The notes: a model not told the origin generated them from the letters alone. A DNA stretch of 64,000 nucleotides from Savitreella phatthalungensis (GCA_051599415.1 AP039694.1:248001-312000); one strand, 5' to 3'; shown: positions 42,104 through 54,069, numbered from the stretch's first letter. A program made the numbers and translations.

Positions 42104-43264
42104 ATGGAGTCAATCAATCCTCATCGACCATACTATGTGCCTAGACCGAACCCTTCCGTCTCATTTGGCAATCCAACAAGTACCTCAGGGGCACTATCAG
42201 GCGCATCACCCATCATTGACGAATCTGCTATAACAAGCGAAGGATTCTCCCTGGAAGTTGTGACAGCACTCGTACAGCAGTATGCAACTGAATACTTCGG
42301 CGTTGCTGTCGCACAGCCCTTCGAGAATGCCAAATTGCTCTTGCAAGTTGCGGAAGCACCCAGACTCTCCGGAGACCTAGAAAGCCAGACCACTACAGCA
42401 GCTGGCAAGACCACGGCGGATGAGAATCATCAAGCCGATGAAGATGAGGATGACGACGAAGATCCAGATTACTTCTCCGAGAAACAGGTACAAACAGAAA
42501 TTCGCACAACAGATCGCTCAGGCTATGTCGTTTCGAATCCAAGAGACAGTGCGACAATCCCATCGTGGCACTTTATCCCAACCTCGATCACGCAGACAAT
42601 ATCGGAGATCTACAACAGGGATGGCCTGAGTGGACCTTTCAGAGCTACCCCAGCTGCATTCTTCCACCACATCCTGCGCGAAGCTATCGAGAGCTGGCTA
42701 TCCGGAGCATTATCTGCCCTTGGTGGCTTGCCTGATCCCACCATCGCATTAGATCCTTACGATGGGGTATCTCTCGGAATCGCTGTGCTTTCAACATGTA
42801 CTACAGCGCTCCTCCTCTCACCTATAGACTGCTACAGAGTCAGATCAGTACTACTACCGCGGCGGCAAAAGCCTTTGCCACTACTGAACGGCTACAGAAT
42901 ACCCCAGTCACTCATTCTACCCACAGTCATCGAGCGAGCAAGCTCAGTGGGTCTATCGTACTTGCTAAGCAGTGTTTGGGAACCCATCTCATCTCTCGCG
43001 CAACTCGTCGTCAAGCTGCCACTCGAGACGGCGCTCCGCCGAGCACAAGCTCAGTACGTCACGCGTGGCGGTCGGGAAGATAAATCGATAGTCAGACTAG
43101 GACCGTACACAGGTCTTGCCACGCCCTGGTCCATCACCTCACAAGAGCGTGATGGCGTGGCGGGACTGTATCGCGGCTGGAAGGCTGGCGCCTGGGGCGT
43201 TGTCGGCGTCTGGACTCTCGGACTTCTAGCAGCACAACGTCAAGCCGATCTGTCGGAGTTCTGA
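42104..43264 (+). CDS. UGO1: Mitochondrial fusion protein Ugo1-like (carrier fold)
   Basis: N-terminal NPHRPYY, AQPFENAKLLLQV, acidic DEDDDEDPDYFS, KLPLETALRRAQ, GLYRGW. Confidence 0.82.
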   Translation: MESINPHRPYYVPRPNPSVSFGNPTSTSGALSGASPIIDESAITSEGFSLEVVTALVQQYATEYFGVAVAQPFENAKLLLQVAEAPRLSGDLESQTTTAAGKTTADENHQADEDEDDDEDPDYFSEKQVQTEIRTTDRSGYVVSNPRDSATIPSWHFIPTSITQTISEIYNRDGLSGPFRATPAAFFHHILREAIESWLSGALSALGGLPDPTIALDPYDGVSLGIAVLSTCTTALLLSPIDCYRVRSVLLPRRQKPLPLLNGYRIPQSLILPTVIERASSVGLSYLLSSVWEPISSLAQLVVKLPLETALRRAQAQYVTRGGREDKSIVRLGPYTGLATPWSITSQERDGVAGLYRGWKAGAWGVVGVWTLGLLAAQRQADLSEF

Positions 43265-43484
43265 TTTCAGTCCAATGGCGACGGGTAGACCCAAGACAGG
43301 CAGGCGAGGCTCTTTGACACACGCATATTCAACGGACATACGCTATTTTACTCCACTCATTGAACTGTAAATAAATGGTTATGACGATCGAGCTAAATAT
43401 AGAAACACAGACATAACGTCTTAGCATGATACCCGTGTTCTATCCCGCACAGACCATGCTACGGCATCATGCTAAGCTATAACC

Positions 43485-45122
43485 ATGGGTGTCAAAGGCT
43501 TGTTTCCGTACCTACGAGACAAGTCACCCTGGGTTTTCGCATCGATTCCTTACTCTCGCCTGCGCGGCAGAAAAGTCGCCATCGATGGAAACCTCTTACT
43601 CATTCGAGAAGTCACGTCACCATGGCTTCCTGCGGATATGCCGATCAAGCACAAGGCCGTTATGTGGTCACTACGACTAGGAAGACTCGCTCGTCAGCTG
43701 GAGATTGAGCCGATCGTCGTCTTCGATTCCCCATCGAGCTCCCCAGCTAAAGCCCGGGAGCGTGCCGTGCGCAAGCTTCGGCAGCAGCAAGCGCTTAACT
43801 TGTACAACCAACAACGCGACGAGGTCGCAAGCCTGAGAGTACTTCGTGATGCTGTCAGCAATCTGACAAAGTTGTCAGTTAGCGAACAGCAAGACGTCGT
43901 TGCGCACCTCAACGCCCACAGAGATGGAGACACCGCCGTCACGCCTGAGCTGCCTGTCGAATTACGCACTATCGCAAAGAACATCGCAGAGCACGTGCCA
44001 CGTGAGCTTACAGCTCCGTCAGAAGATCTTGCAGTTGAGCAGAAGGTGATTCTGGGACTTCTGGAGGTCACACCTGACAGCGCGACAGTGTCTCAGTCTT
44101 TTGACGAGCTCGATGTGTTTGTGAAGTCTCGAGAGAACAACTTGCGGCGTCTATCGCGACGCGTGGCGTTGCCAACGTGGCAAGACATGCGACTCGCTCA
44201 ATCGACACTCGCTGATCTCGGCATTCCGGCAGTCGTCTCTCCGTCAGGCTACGAAGGTGAGTGCACAGCCGCGCTCCTCCATCACTCAGGCCTAGCAGAC
44301 TACGTCGCCACCGAGGACTCAGACGTCCTTCTATTCAATGCGCCCCAACTCCGCGGCTTCATGGCTGTCACATCATCCCGTCCGTTGCCGAACCCCTCTG
44401 CCCTGGACAATCCGTCAGACACTGTGACAGATGCACCTCCACCAATCGAGCAGTATACACCGACAAGGATGACGCTCGTCTCGCCGATCAAGGTTAGACA
44501 AGCTCTTAATCTGGATGAATCTGCCTTCATCGATTTTACGATTCTCGCAGGCTGCGACTTCACAAGATCAATTCCGGCACTTGGCATTCGCACAGCCCAC
44601 AGGCTCATGCTGCAAGCACAGGAACCGACTCTAGAAAAGCTTCTTGATTTTCTCCCGAGCATCACTGTGCGCTCGAGGGATGCATCACCGCCAGGTTATA
44701 GCACCGGCAACGGCAGCAGGCAACGCTATGTGCCACATGCAGAGTTCTGGGAGGATGCCACTATAGCTCGAGCAATTTATACGGCACTTCCGCCAATCTC
44801 AGCCATCCTGCGAGAGCTAGGGAATGGCAGCACGCCAGCGCTTGGCTCGCGGTCGAGTCTCTGGCACAACTGGCGCAATGCAAACGGTTCTGAAGCGCAA
44901 AGACAAGCCAAGGAACTTGACGTCACCATAAAAAATCTGACTTGCGAGCGAGAAGAAGCAGAGCGTTTGGTCCAATGGCTAGGCAAGGTGTCTTCAGACG
45001 CGTATGAGGCACGAGACGCCGAATCACAAGCTCAAACTATCACAGGCCACAGCAGCGTCGTCCAACTCGAGAAAGTTCATGGCAAAGACCCGCCTGACTT
45101 GAATGGTTTCGTCTACGCCTGA
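43485..45122 (+). CDS. XPG/FEN1 (Rad2) superfamily 5' nuclease paralog
   Basis: MGVKGL, KVAIDG, VVFD, EGE, EDSD, LAGCDF + H3TH GIRTA. Confidence 0.82.
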   Translation: MGVKGLFPYLRDKSPWVFASIPYSRLRGRKVAIDGNLLLIREVTSPWLPADMPIKHKAVMWSLRLGRLARQLEIEPIVVFDSPSSSPAKARERAVRKLRQQQALNLYNQQRDEVASLRVLRDAVSNLTKLSVSEQQDVVAHLNAHRDGDTAVTPELPVELRTIAKNIAEHVPRELTAPSEDLAVEQKVILGLLEVTPDSATVSQSFDELDVFVKSRENNLRRLSRRVALPTWQDMRLAQSTLADLGIPAVVSPSGYEGECTAALLHHSGLADYVATEDSDVLLFNAPQLRGFMAVTSSRPLPNPSALDNPSDTVTDAPPPIEQYTPTRMTLVSPIKVRQALNLDESAFIDFTILAGCDFTRSIPALGIRTAHRLMLQAQEPTLEKLLDFLPSITVRSRDASPPGYSTGNGSRQRYVPHAEFWEDATIARAIYTALPPISAILRELGNGSTPALGSRSSLWHNWRNANGSEAQRQAKELDVTIKNLTCEREEAERLVQWLGKVSSDAYEARDAESQAQTITGHSSVVQLEKVHGKDPPDLNGFVYA

Positions 45123-45447
45123 GAGGATGTGCTGATAGACAGCTATTCCTCGTCCTATCCACAAAGAATTGGCAAGGTTGACCTTGTGGCGGCGACGGCT
45201 TGACTGCATACTTTTGCACCAGGCGATTTGTGCATTCGTTCATGTGCTCGAACTCGTCCACTTTCGCTTTATTGATCGATCGATCAACAATGGCGTGCTC
45301 CAAATTTATTTGATCCAAAGCCAATCGAGGTCCAATCGACGACATCCAGGATACACTCTTGGCTCTTAAGAGCTCTTGTGCAGCGTCCTTGAAGGAGGTC
45401 TACAAGTCACGTCGGTGGCTCCGTCAACTCACAACTTGACTGTAGCA

Positions 45448-48400
45448 ATGCCTCTCGACACTACTGTCGACCTACCGACCCTATTTTACCGGCAGGTCGA
45501 ACAGACACCGGATCTCATCGCACTCGAGGATGCCGGCCACAAGTACACCTATACCCAACTCGCTCAGGAAGTCAATAAACTCGCACGGCATCTCCGGACA
45601 TTTGGTGTCGGCCGAGACAGTCTAGTCGGTGTCTTTCTGCCACGCTCAGCGGACTACGTGATTGCATGTCTCGCGGCACTGGCAGCAGGTGGCGCCTTCC
45701 TCGTGCTCGAGCTCGCCTACCCAGCAGATCTCCTGCGTGACGTTGTCCTTGACGCCAGACCAGCCTGCGTCGTCACCTACTCAGCTTACGCATCCCGATT
45801 TTCAGATGTCAGTCTCGTACCGCTTGACCAAGGACTCGGTCCAGGGGCCGACCTCCCCACAGATCTCGTCCACGATCTCGACCGTCTCTCCTTCGTCGCA
45901 TATTCATCCGGCACCACAGGCAAACCCAAGGGCATTGCAAATCCACACAGAGCCCCGGTACTGTCCTACGAGGCACGTTTCCAACTAAGTGACCTTTCGA
46001 TCGGCGACAGAGTCGCATGTAACGTCTTCTTCGTATGGGAAATATTGCGCCCGTTGTTCAAAGGAGCGACCGTCGTCTGTGTACCAGACGAGACGAGCTA
46101 CGACCCTGTCTCTCTTGTGGAGCTGCTGGCAGAGCATCAAGTAACTGAGACATTGATGACCCCGACACTCCTTGCAGCCGTCCTGACGCGGTGGGAGAAT
46201 CTCGGCGAGCGCTTACCTCTGCTAAAGACACTATGGCTGAACGGCGAGGTAGTCACGACAGACTTGGCCCGACGTGCTCTCGCTGCTGCGCCTCAGATTC
46301 GCCTGCTGAACTGCTACAGTGCGTGCGAGACGCACGAGATTGCCTGTGGCGACATCCGGAAGATGCTCAAGCACCTGGGTCCCGACGAGCACTACTGCCC
46401 CGTCGGACCGCCGATGGCGCAGATCTACATTGTCGATGAAGCCGGCCGGAAAGCAGAAGTAGGCACGTCAGGCGAGCTGTACGTCGGCGGGCTCATGCTC
46501 GCTCGCGGCTACCTCAACCTACGCGAAATCACCGCAAAGGCTTTCATCGCAGATCCCTTCGATGCCGCGACCGGAGCCCGTATGTACAAGACCGGCGACC
46601 GAGCCCGTATCCGCGAGAACGGGCTGCTTGAGATTACTGGTCGCGTTGGAGCGATGATCAAGCTCCGTGGGTACTCCGTCGTCCCTGGCAAGGTAGAGAA
46701 CGCGATCGTGAAGGCTCTCGGCGTTCGTCACTGTGTGGTCACATCCCATGGAGAAGGTCTTGAGCGCCAGCTAGTCGCCTATGTCGTCCGTGAGGCCAAC
46801 ACAAGCTCGCCAGCCACAGGTGTCACCAATGGCTCTACCGCAGTTGACGCTTCGGTCGCTCCAGCGCCATTCGAAATTGATGCTTCCGGTTTCAGTCCAT
46901 CTGCTCGCAAAGCCTTGGCTCCGTTCTTGGCATCCTACATGATCCCGGCGCTGTGGGTTGAGTTGCCGGAGATTCCAACCCACGAGGTATCTGGCAAGGC
47001 GGATAAGAAGCGACTGCCTCCTCCGCCGTCATCTAAAGCTGCAGTGACATCGACCGGCGATCGCACAGAAGTCGAAGACATCGCGGAAGTGTGGGCAGCG
47101 ACGCTGAAGATCTCGAGGCATGCAATCACACCAGAACATAGTTTCTTCGACCTCGGTGGTCACTCACTCTCATTGGCCGATCTTGCTTCTCGCATTTCCA
47201 GGACGTTTGGTGTCAAGGTACCTGTCGCGAGACTCGCAGAGCCCGCAACCCTAAACGGACATCTTGAAGCTATCCGCCAAGTGCGTGACGGCATTGTAGC
47301 AGATGTCGACGTCCTTTCGGAAGTGCGCAAAGACGTCGTCCTCGAAGATGATATCCGTGGCAGCGAAAAGACCGCATACACACCCCTGAACAAGGCAAAA
47401 ACCGTACTCCTCACAGGCTCCACTGGCTTCCTTGGCGCCTTCCTCCTATCAGAACTACTCGAGTCGACATCCGCGACAGTCATCTGCCTTGTCCGATTCA
47501 AGGATCCGTCTGCTGCAGATTCACCAGCTGGTATCGCGCGTATCCGCAAAAACATGTTGGATCTTGGTCTGTGGCGAGACAGCATCATGGAACGTGTCGA
47601 GATTCTCCCAGGTACGCTTGAGGGTAAGCGACTTGGTCTCACACGGGAAGCCTTTGCAGCACTCGCTCAGCGCGTCGATGTCATCCTCCACGCCGGCGCC
47701 ACTGTCAATCTGGTCTATCCTTACGCCACATTGCGTGCAGCCAACATTGGCGGAACGCGTGAAGTACTCCGCCTCGCTGCCCTTGCAGGTGCGACGGTCC
47801 AATACGTATCCACAAACGGTGTACTACCACCAGCGCCAGAGGGTTGGCGTGAGGATGTGTCTTTGCCAATTGAGCACGTCCCGACGAAACTTCTCGACGG
47901 ATACGGCCAAACTAAGTGGGTGGCCGAGCAGCTCGTCGTAGAAGCCGGACGTCGCGCAATCCCCGTGGCCGTTCACCGCGTCGGTACGATCTCCGGTCAT
48001 TCGCTTACAGGTGCTTCCAATCCTTGGGATCTTCTGACGGCACTAATCGTCGAATCGCTCCACCTGGGCTACGCTCCGGATGTCTCCGGCTGGCGTGCGG
48101 AGATGACACCTGTCGATTTTGTCGCAAAATCAATCGTCCACCTGGGCTCCCAGCCGGGACAGCGCGTCTTCCACATCGGCGACCCAGACCCGATCGACTG
48201 CCGCGTGGTCTACGACTACCTGCGCGACCTAGGCTATCCCACAAGCCGGCTGCCGTTCGATGCCTGGGTGGCAAAATGGCAGGAGGTCCGCGGCGGCGTG
48301 CGTGGTGGCGAAGGTGCGTTTACGGTCGACATTCTTAGAAGTGGCATGCCACCTGTCGAATTCCTGCAGGGAATCGTGGTTTTGGAGAACGGAACGACGC

Positions 48401-49287
48401 GCAAGTACCGTGCATCAGTCGTGCGGCCAAAGGTCGATGGCGTCCTGCTCGAGACGTATCTGCGCCACTGGTTCGCACGCGGCTGGCTACCGCGTCCGCC
48501 AGCCCGGCAAAACGCGCTCGGCGGCAGTGCAGTCTTACCACGGCGCGGCCCGCTCACAGGCAAAGTCGCAGTCATCACAGGCGCGTCGTCTGGAATCGGC
48601 GCGGCCGTTGCAGTCGCGCTAGCTCGCGAAGGATGCCATATTGCCCTTGCAGCACGCAGGTACGAGGCTCTCGAAGACGTCAAGCGACGTCTGACAATGC
48701 GCGAGGGGAAAGTACTGATCCGGCGGTGTGACGTGACCCGTCGAGAAGACGTTGAGTCACTCATCTCTGCAACGACTTTTGAACTCGGACCTGTCGACAT
48801 ACTCATCTCGTGCGCTGGCGTCATGTTCTTCACCATGATGGCCAACTGCCAGACAGCCCAATGGGAACAGACGGTCGACGTCAATTGCAAAGGTCTTTTG
48901 AACTGTCTGTCGTCGACGGTGCCCGGCATGCTCGGTCGCGGTCGAGGACACATCGTCGCCATCTCTTCCGATGCAGGTCGGAAAGTGTTCCCGGGCTTGG
49001 GTGTCTACTCGGCCTCGAAGTTCTTCGTCGAGGCGACCCTTCAATCGCTTCGCCTAGAGACGGCCAACTCGGGTCTCCGCGTGACATCCGTCCAACCGGG
49101 TAACGTCGCCACCGATCTTCTCGGGATGTCTACCGATCAAGAAGCGCTCAAGAAGTACGGTGAACCGACCGGCGCAAGAGTCCTAGACCCCGATGACGTA
49201 GCAGCATCCATCGTCTACGCCCTCCGACAACCAGATCACGTTGCCGTCAACGAGATTCTAATAGAGCCACGCGAAGAGCCAATATAG
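45448..49287 (+). CDS. ATRR: NRPS-like A-T-R-SDR enzyme (ATRR glycine betaine reductase type)
   Basis: A domain (YSSGTTGKPKG, YKTGD, GKADKK), T domain (FFDLGGHSL), thioester reductase (LTGSTGFLG, YGQTKWVAE), C-terminal SDR (ITGASSGIG, YSASK). Confidence 0.9.
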   Translation: MPLDTTVDLPTLFYRQVEQTPDLIALEDAGHKYTYTQLAQEVNKLARHLRTFGVGRDSLVGVFLPRSADYVIACLAALAAGGAFLVLELAYPADLLRDVVLDARPACVVTYSAYASRFSDVSLVPLDQGLGPGADLPTDLVHDLDRLSFVAYSSGTTGKPKGIANPHRAPVLSYEARFQLSDLSIGDRVACNVFFVWEILRPLFKGATVVCVPDETSYDPVSLVELLAEHQVTETLMTPTLLAAVLTRWENLGERLPLLKTLWLNGEVVTTDLARRALAAAPQIRLLNCYSACETHEIACGDIRKMLKHLGPDEHYCPVGPPMAQIYIVDEAGRKAEVGTSGELYVGGLMLARGYLNLREITAKAFIADPFDAATGARMYKTGDRARIRENGLLEITGRVGAMIKLRGYSVVPGKVENAIVKALGVRHCVVTSHGEGLERQLVAYVVREANTSSPATGVTNGSTAVDASVAPAPFEIDASGFSPSARKALAPFLASYMIPALWVELPEIPTHEVSGKADKKRLPPPPSSKAAVTSTGDRTEVEDIAEVWAATLKISRHAITPEHSFFDLGGHSLSLADLASRISRTFGVKVPVARLAEPATLNGHLEAIRQVRDGIVADVDVLSEVRKDVVLEDDIRGSEKTAYTPLNKAKTVLLTGSTGFLGAFLLSELLESTSATVICLVRFKDPSAADSPAGIARIRKNMLDLGLWRDSIMERVEILPGTLEGKRLGLTREAFAALAQRVDVILHAGATVNLVYPYATLRAANIGGTREVLRLAALAGATVQYVSTNGVLPPAPEGWREDVSLPIEHVPTKLLDGYGQTKWVAEQLVVEAGRRAIPVAVHRVGTISGHSLTGASNPWDLLTALIVESLHLGYAPDVSGWRAEMTPVDFVAKSIVHLGSQPGQRVFHIGDPDPIDCRVVYDYLRDLGYPTSRLPFDAWVAKWQEVRGGVRGGEGAFTVDILRSGMPPVEFLQGIVVLENGTTRKYRASVVRPKVDGVLLETYLRHWFARGWLPRPPARQNALGGSAVLPRRGPLTGKVAVITGASSGIGAAVAVALAREGCHIALAARRYEALEDVKRRLTMREGKVLIRRCDVTRREDVESLISATTFELGPVDILISCAGVMFFTMMANCQTAQWEQTVDVNCKGLLNCLSSTVPGMLGRGRGHIVAISSDAGRKVFPGLGVYSASKFFVEATLQSLRLETANSGLRVTSVQPGNVATDLLGMSTDQEALKKYGEPTGARVLDPDDVAASIVYALRQPDHVAVNEILIEPREEPI

Positions 49288-52248
49288 AGATTTAAGGTAA
49301 AAAGGACACCATAGAGTATAGAGCATCTGTACACCATCATCTAATAAGTCATGAAGCGGTTGATGATTTGCGTCGCCGCTTAGTATCAGTCGAGGCTTCA
49401 GAGCTCAGCATGATCAGCATCTACTTTTTTGTGAACACAGAGTTGCCTCGACATCGATATGGTCGTCAAAGCCTTTTATCTCTCTCGTTAGTTGACGTCC
49501 AGCATCCAGGAGGGCAATGGCGTACACACGTTGCACAAATTGTTGATGAGTGATGCAGAGACACTCTCAAAACTCCTTTCGCGGGAAACGCTCAACAAAC
49601 AAGCATAGAGCACCTTCGATTACGATCTGGTCTCTACTCACCTTTACTGACGAGTACGCGCTTTTGTTGTTTCATCAGTCGCCTCAATTTGTCACTTTCC
49701 AAGATATATTCTATCATGATGTACAGACAACTACAACATCGAATCTATTACAGGTCTACGTGCATTTGCAGACGAGGAGCACTGGAGCGTCGCAAAGGGC
49801 AGCCCTCTATTCCCCTCAGGAGCGTTGGTCGCCATGAGACACAGGAAAAATAGGAGCAATTGACAGAGTAGGGAAGCATGAGGGTGGCATGATAATTACC
49901 GCCACCAATGACGTTGGGTATGTGCTAGAGGTGCAAGGCGCTGAATTGTGCATTCGCTTGAACGAATGCATGAGCATCATTCCACCTGCATTGAGGAGAT
50001 TCAACGAACTTGGATCATTCGATCTAGCTGTGTATCGATCATGCAAGTTTCAAATCGTGCAAATGCACGTGCACGTGAAATTTCACGCATAGCACATACA
50101 GCAGTCTGTCGTGTGAGGCCAGACTGTCAAGAGAGTTTCAATGAGATCTTACCTACCTGGACAAATCCTTGTGACAGAGTCGCACACAATCAAACTCCCG
50201 ATAGAACTTTCTGTCTCAAGTTGCTGTAGACTATGGAGAAAAAGCTCATTGACGTGCGTGCATATGGATATGTCTTAAGACGGCCCTTTACTGGATCTAC
50301 TATCTGATACGCATAGCACTCTGCTTAGTTATCCCTGATGAATGTACTGTAAATTAATCCAACTGAGCAAATAGATACGCGTGTTTCGATGACGAGGAAG
50401 CTAGAACTCAGACGCCTTGAACGTCCTGCATAGTCCAACAATCTCGTTCTCTCTGCAGTCATGATAATTTTGCAAGCCTCGTCTGCTCTGTCTGCACTGG
50501 GAAACGACTCGCTAAGGCAACCTTATGAGGATCTCAAATTTATCAGAAGATCGTCAAGCGAGTGAATTATGATCATGGGACCAAGAGTTCTGTCCTTCTC
50601 CAGCTCCGCGCGCGAAAAGATGGCACTTTGTGGACTTTGCAAAAATCAGAGCGCCAGTACCTTGGTATTGGTTCGATGATTTAATTTCGAATCGGTGAAT
50701 CTGCAGCCAGCCAAAACAGTCGTTGCTCAAATCCTACAATAAGTGGATATGGTGAATCTGAACAATTACCGAAACCTGCGTAGTGGGTGCCACTCCGCTG
50801 ACCACATATTCTCGTATGGGTCCATCTAGTTGAGTGGATCGGAAAGGGTGATGTAACCCACCAGAAGTCTTCCTTCAGCTCTGACCATCCCGATTTTCTT
50901 AAACAGCCAGGACTCCAGAGCTAAGTCAAACGGAAGTTATAAGCATTAGCAGATTATCATCCCTCAGCTGATGTGCAGGTGCATGGACTCGCGTATTCAT
51001 CCCCTTCTCCGCTACTAAACTCCCACTGAAGTGTGCTCGCTCCCAAGGCTACCACTCCTCATCATCTCTCAATAGCGTCCGCCCCTTCCACCACTACCGC
51101 CAATTCCCCTTCGATCGTCCTTCGGTGGCATAAGCAGTACGCTCAGGATTTACTTGCCCATCGTGCTCAACTGTATTGGATTCTAATCCGACCTTTTCAG
51201 ATAAGCCTAGGCACCTTGCAGGCTGATCACCAAGTCTTGCCAGCTCATCTCTTCTTCCATCGTCTACCCCCTCGTAAATAGATATTCCCTCTTGTGCTCA
51301 ATGCCGCTGGCTTACTGTAAAGTCTAAGGAGAGCGCCGCAGAAGCAAGGTGTAGCATATGTGGAGCTGAAGGCCATCTCAGACTTATCATCGCTCGCTGT
51401 AGATCTGTCGCCAATTGGGTCTACACTCCATGACCACCTAGCTTCAGCAGACACAGTCCTTTATCCACCGTGGCTTCATGAGCACAACCCCTGCAGCAAC
51501 TCATTTGCTGCACCAGCACAAGCAAGCACAGGACTTCATGTCCATACAGTCTCAATCGTAACCTGACAAATTGAACTCAATCCAGGTCGATTTGCCAATC
51601 CGGACATTCGCTTACATAGCAAGGGATGAGCAAAGGTCTTGACTAGACCTTCCTCACTGCCTTTACATAGTCTCTAGGAGCGTCTAGTCAATGAGTCCAC
51701 CGATCTGACTCCTGACCCAGTTCTCCTCCTGCCGTCCTCTCACTCTCTCCGGGCTGTATCCTCTGTGTGTTTGTCCACTGATCAACAACGATCGTGCACA
51801 CTGTGTTCTGCCGGGGCGCCACACCCTGGGGGCCCTATCTCATCAGAGCACTTACCTCTCCGTACCCGAGGGGTCCGAGCACTTGCGCGTCCTTCCTCCA
51901 ACCATAGCTACGGGAACCAAAAGCCTGAGCACGCACCCTGTGACATTCCCCACAGACCACGATCTCAAGGGGTAACAGACCACAAGCTTCTCCGTCCCCT
52001 GCCTCTACCATTGATCCATCCCCCTGGTCGAGCACACGAGTCTACGTGTCTCCATCGTATTTGACAGGACTGACTGTCGAGCGCGAACAAGGCTATCGAC
52101 CTTGCGCGACACACCTTGTAACGACTCACGTATCATCTGCCGGACGCGCAGTCAAAACGCGTCTGCCTGACACATCCGCCGGCCGGCTTTGAGCTGACAG
52201 ATCAAAACCTTGCCTTCCGACCATTTGGCCTGGCTTGTCAGAGTCCCG

Positions 52249-54069
52249 ATGGTCAACGAGAAGGTCGCGCCGCTGCTGCGCGAATTCGACTCAGCTGATG
52301 GCTATGAAGGTGAGAAGTATGGTATCCACCACGACGCTAGTGAACATGAAGTCCAGACGATAGGCAGTCGTAGCCTACGACTGATGATCCGTCGACAGGG
52401 TCATCGGTTGCTGGGTCTGATCATGTTCCTGGTGCCGAGCTTTGCAACAGACATGCTTGCACGCAGATCTGCAGGCGGGAGAGCAAAAGAGCACGGCAGC
52501 AAGCTGCTCTCTCTCGATGGCCTCCGCGGTCTCTGCTGTCTCGCCGTCATCAACATGCACTGGAACTTTGCCATTGTCGACACCAACAGTCTCGGCAACG
52601 CCAGTGTAAACGTGATGTACTTCTGGCACAGACCCTTCTGGTATCTCGCCTGGGCTGGCACCAGTCACGTCTATATCTTTTTCGTCATGAGTGGCTACGT
52701 CCTCTCAGTCAAGTGTCTGCGCAATATTCATGAAGGCATCTCTACTGGCTCCGTGATCAGCTCCGCGGTGTTCCGACGGGCCATCCGAATCTTCCTCCCG
52801 CCAATCATCCTCCTCATCTGCTACATGTTTGCCTTGCAGGTCGGCATGTTCAACAGTGTTGTCGCCTTCTTCAAATCTGAGCGACTGAAGCCAATCACTG
52901 CGATCCGCATGTTCGAAGATCCACCACCGATCGGTTCCACCTTCTCTGACCAGTTCTGGCATGTGCTTGGCGCAATCGGACGACTGATTGACCCGAACAT
53001 GCAACACAACTTGCCTGACTTCAAGGAGTACGACAGTCATCTCTGGACAATAACGGTTGAGTATTACGGCAGTATCGCTCTTTACGTCGTTCTTACTGCG
53101 ACTTGCCATCTCAGAACATCGTTCCGGCTCACCTGCCACGTTCTTCTTGTGTTCTACTGCTGGATCGCTTCCCACCAATACTACACGCTCTTCTTCGCCG
53201 GCATGACAATCGCAGAATTCGACATCCTCTTCAAGAATAGACACTCAACCAAAAATTCGCACTCCAGCCGCGGCCCACTTCCATCAATTGGCGTCGCCCA
53301 AGCGGTAGAAGACGATGATATCCCATGGTCGCAGCGATCCGCGGAGGAGCGCGTCCAACGATTTGTGCAAGACTACCTGAACAGCTTGAACCTGCTACTC
53401 GCGGTATCGACCACGATCGGCTTGTTCTTCCTGTCGCTCCCACTCGTCTGGCCTGAGGACACACCTCCGTTTAAACAGCTCCTCGTCTATTTCCCCGACG
53501 TCATGTACCTCGGGCAGAAAGTGGACGCAATGCGTGCACTTGGTGCCATCCTCGTTGTCTGGCCTGTTACCTTCCTGGCAATGAACTACAATCCCAAATC
53601 CAACCCAGTCACGACCACCATCCTCGCAAACCCAGTCTCAGCCTACCTCGGAAAGATTTCATTCGCACTCTACCTCGTCCACGGATTTACGATCCGATGG
53701 CTTGGCTACACCATCCTCCCGTCCATTTACCATCTCGTCATCCGCACTCCCGAGCGCAGGGCTGCCCTGATCCCGACCGTCGTGCTCGACCCGACGGGCA
53801 CAAAGGTGATCAAAACGACTCCTGCGGTGTCTGCGCTGACTGCGACTGAGCTCGGCACGATCTGGGTTCTCGGCTATGCGATCGTCCTCCCGGCCACCGT
53901 CATCCTCGCCGACCTGTTCTGGAGGGCGGTGGACGTCAAGTGCGTCTCCCTAGGCCAGTGGATCGAGCGCAGGATGGTAGCCCCACCATCCGCTCCCCAC
54001 AAACCATCTCACACCACACCATCCACACCAAATCTATCATCCACCTCCACAACCGTCCTACCGGCCTAG
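52249..54069 (+). CDS. Acyltransferase family 3 (OafA-like) multi-TM O-acyltransferase
   Basis: LDGLRG...H, FFVMSGY, FRRAIR, HLWTITVE, YLGKISFALYLVHG. Multiple TM segments. Confidence 0.88.
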   Translation: MVNEKVAPLLREFDSADGYEGEKYGIHHDASEHEVQTIGSRSLRLMIRRQGHRLLGLIMFLVPSFATDMLARRSAGGRAKEHGSKLLSLDGLRGLCCLAVINMHWNFAIVDTNSLGNASVNVMYFWHRPFWYLAWAGTSHVYIFFVMSGYVLSVKCLRNIHEGISTGSVISSAVFRRAIRIFLPPIILLICYMFALQVGMFNSVVAFFKSERLKPITAIRMFEDPPPIGSTFSDQFWHVLGAIGRLIDPNMQHNLPDFKEYDSHLWTITVEYYGSIALYVVLTATCHLRTSFRLTCHVLLVFYCWIASHQYYTLFFAGMTIAEFDILFKNRHSTKNSHSSRGPLPSIGVAQAVEDDDIPWSQRSAEERVQRFVQDYLNSLNLLLAVSTTIGLFFLSLPLVWPEDTPPFKQLLVYFPDVMYLGQKVDAMRALGAILVVWPVTFLAMNYNPKSNPVTTTILANPVSAYLGKISFALYLVHGFTIRWLGYTILPSIYHLVIRTPERRAALIPTVVLDPTGTKVIKTTPAVSALTATELGTIWVLGYAIVLPATVILADLFWRAVDVKCVSLGQWIERRMVAPPSAPHKPSHTTPSTPNLSSTSTTVLPA

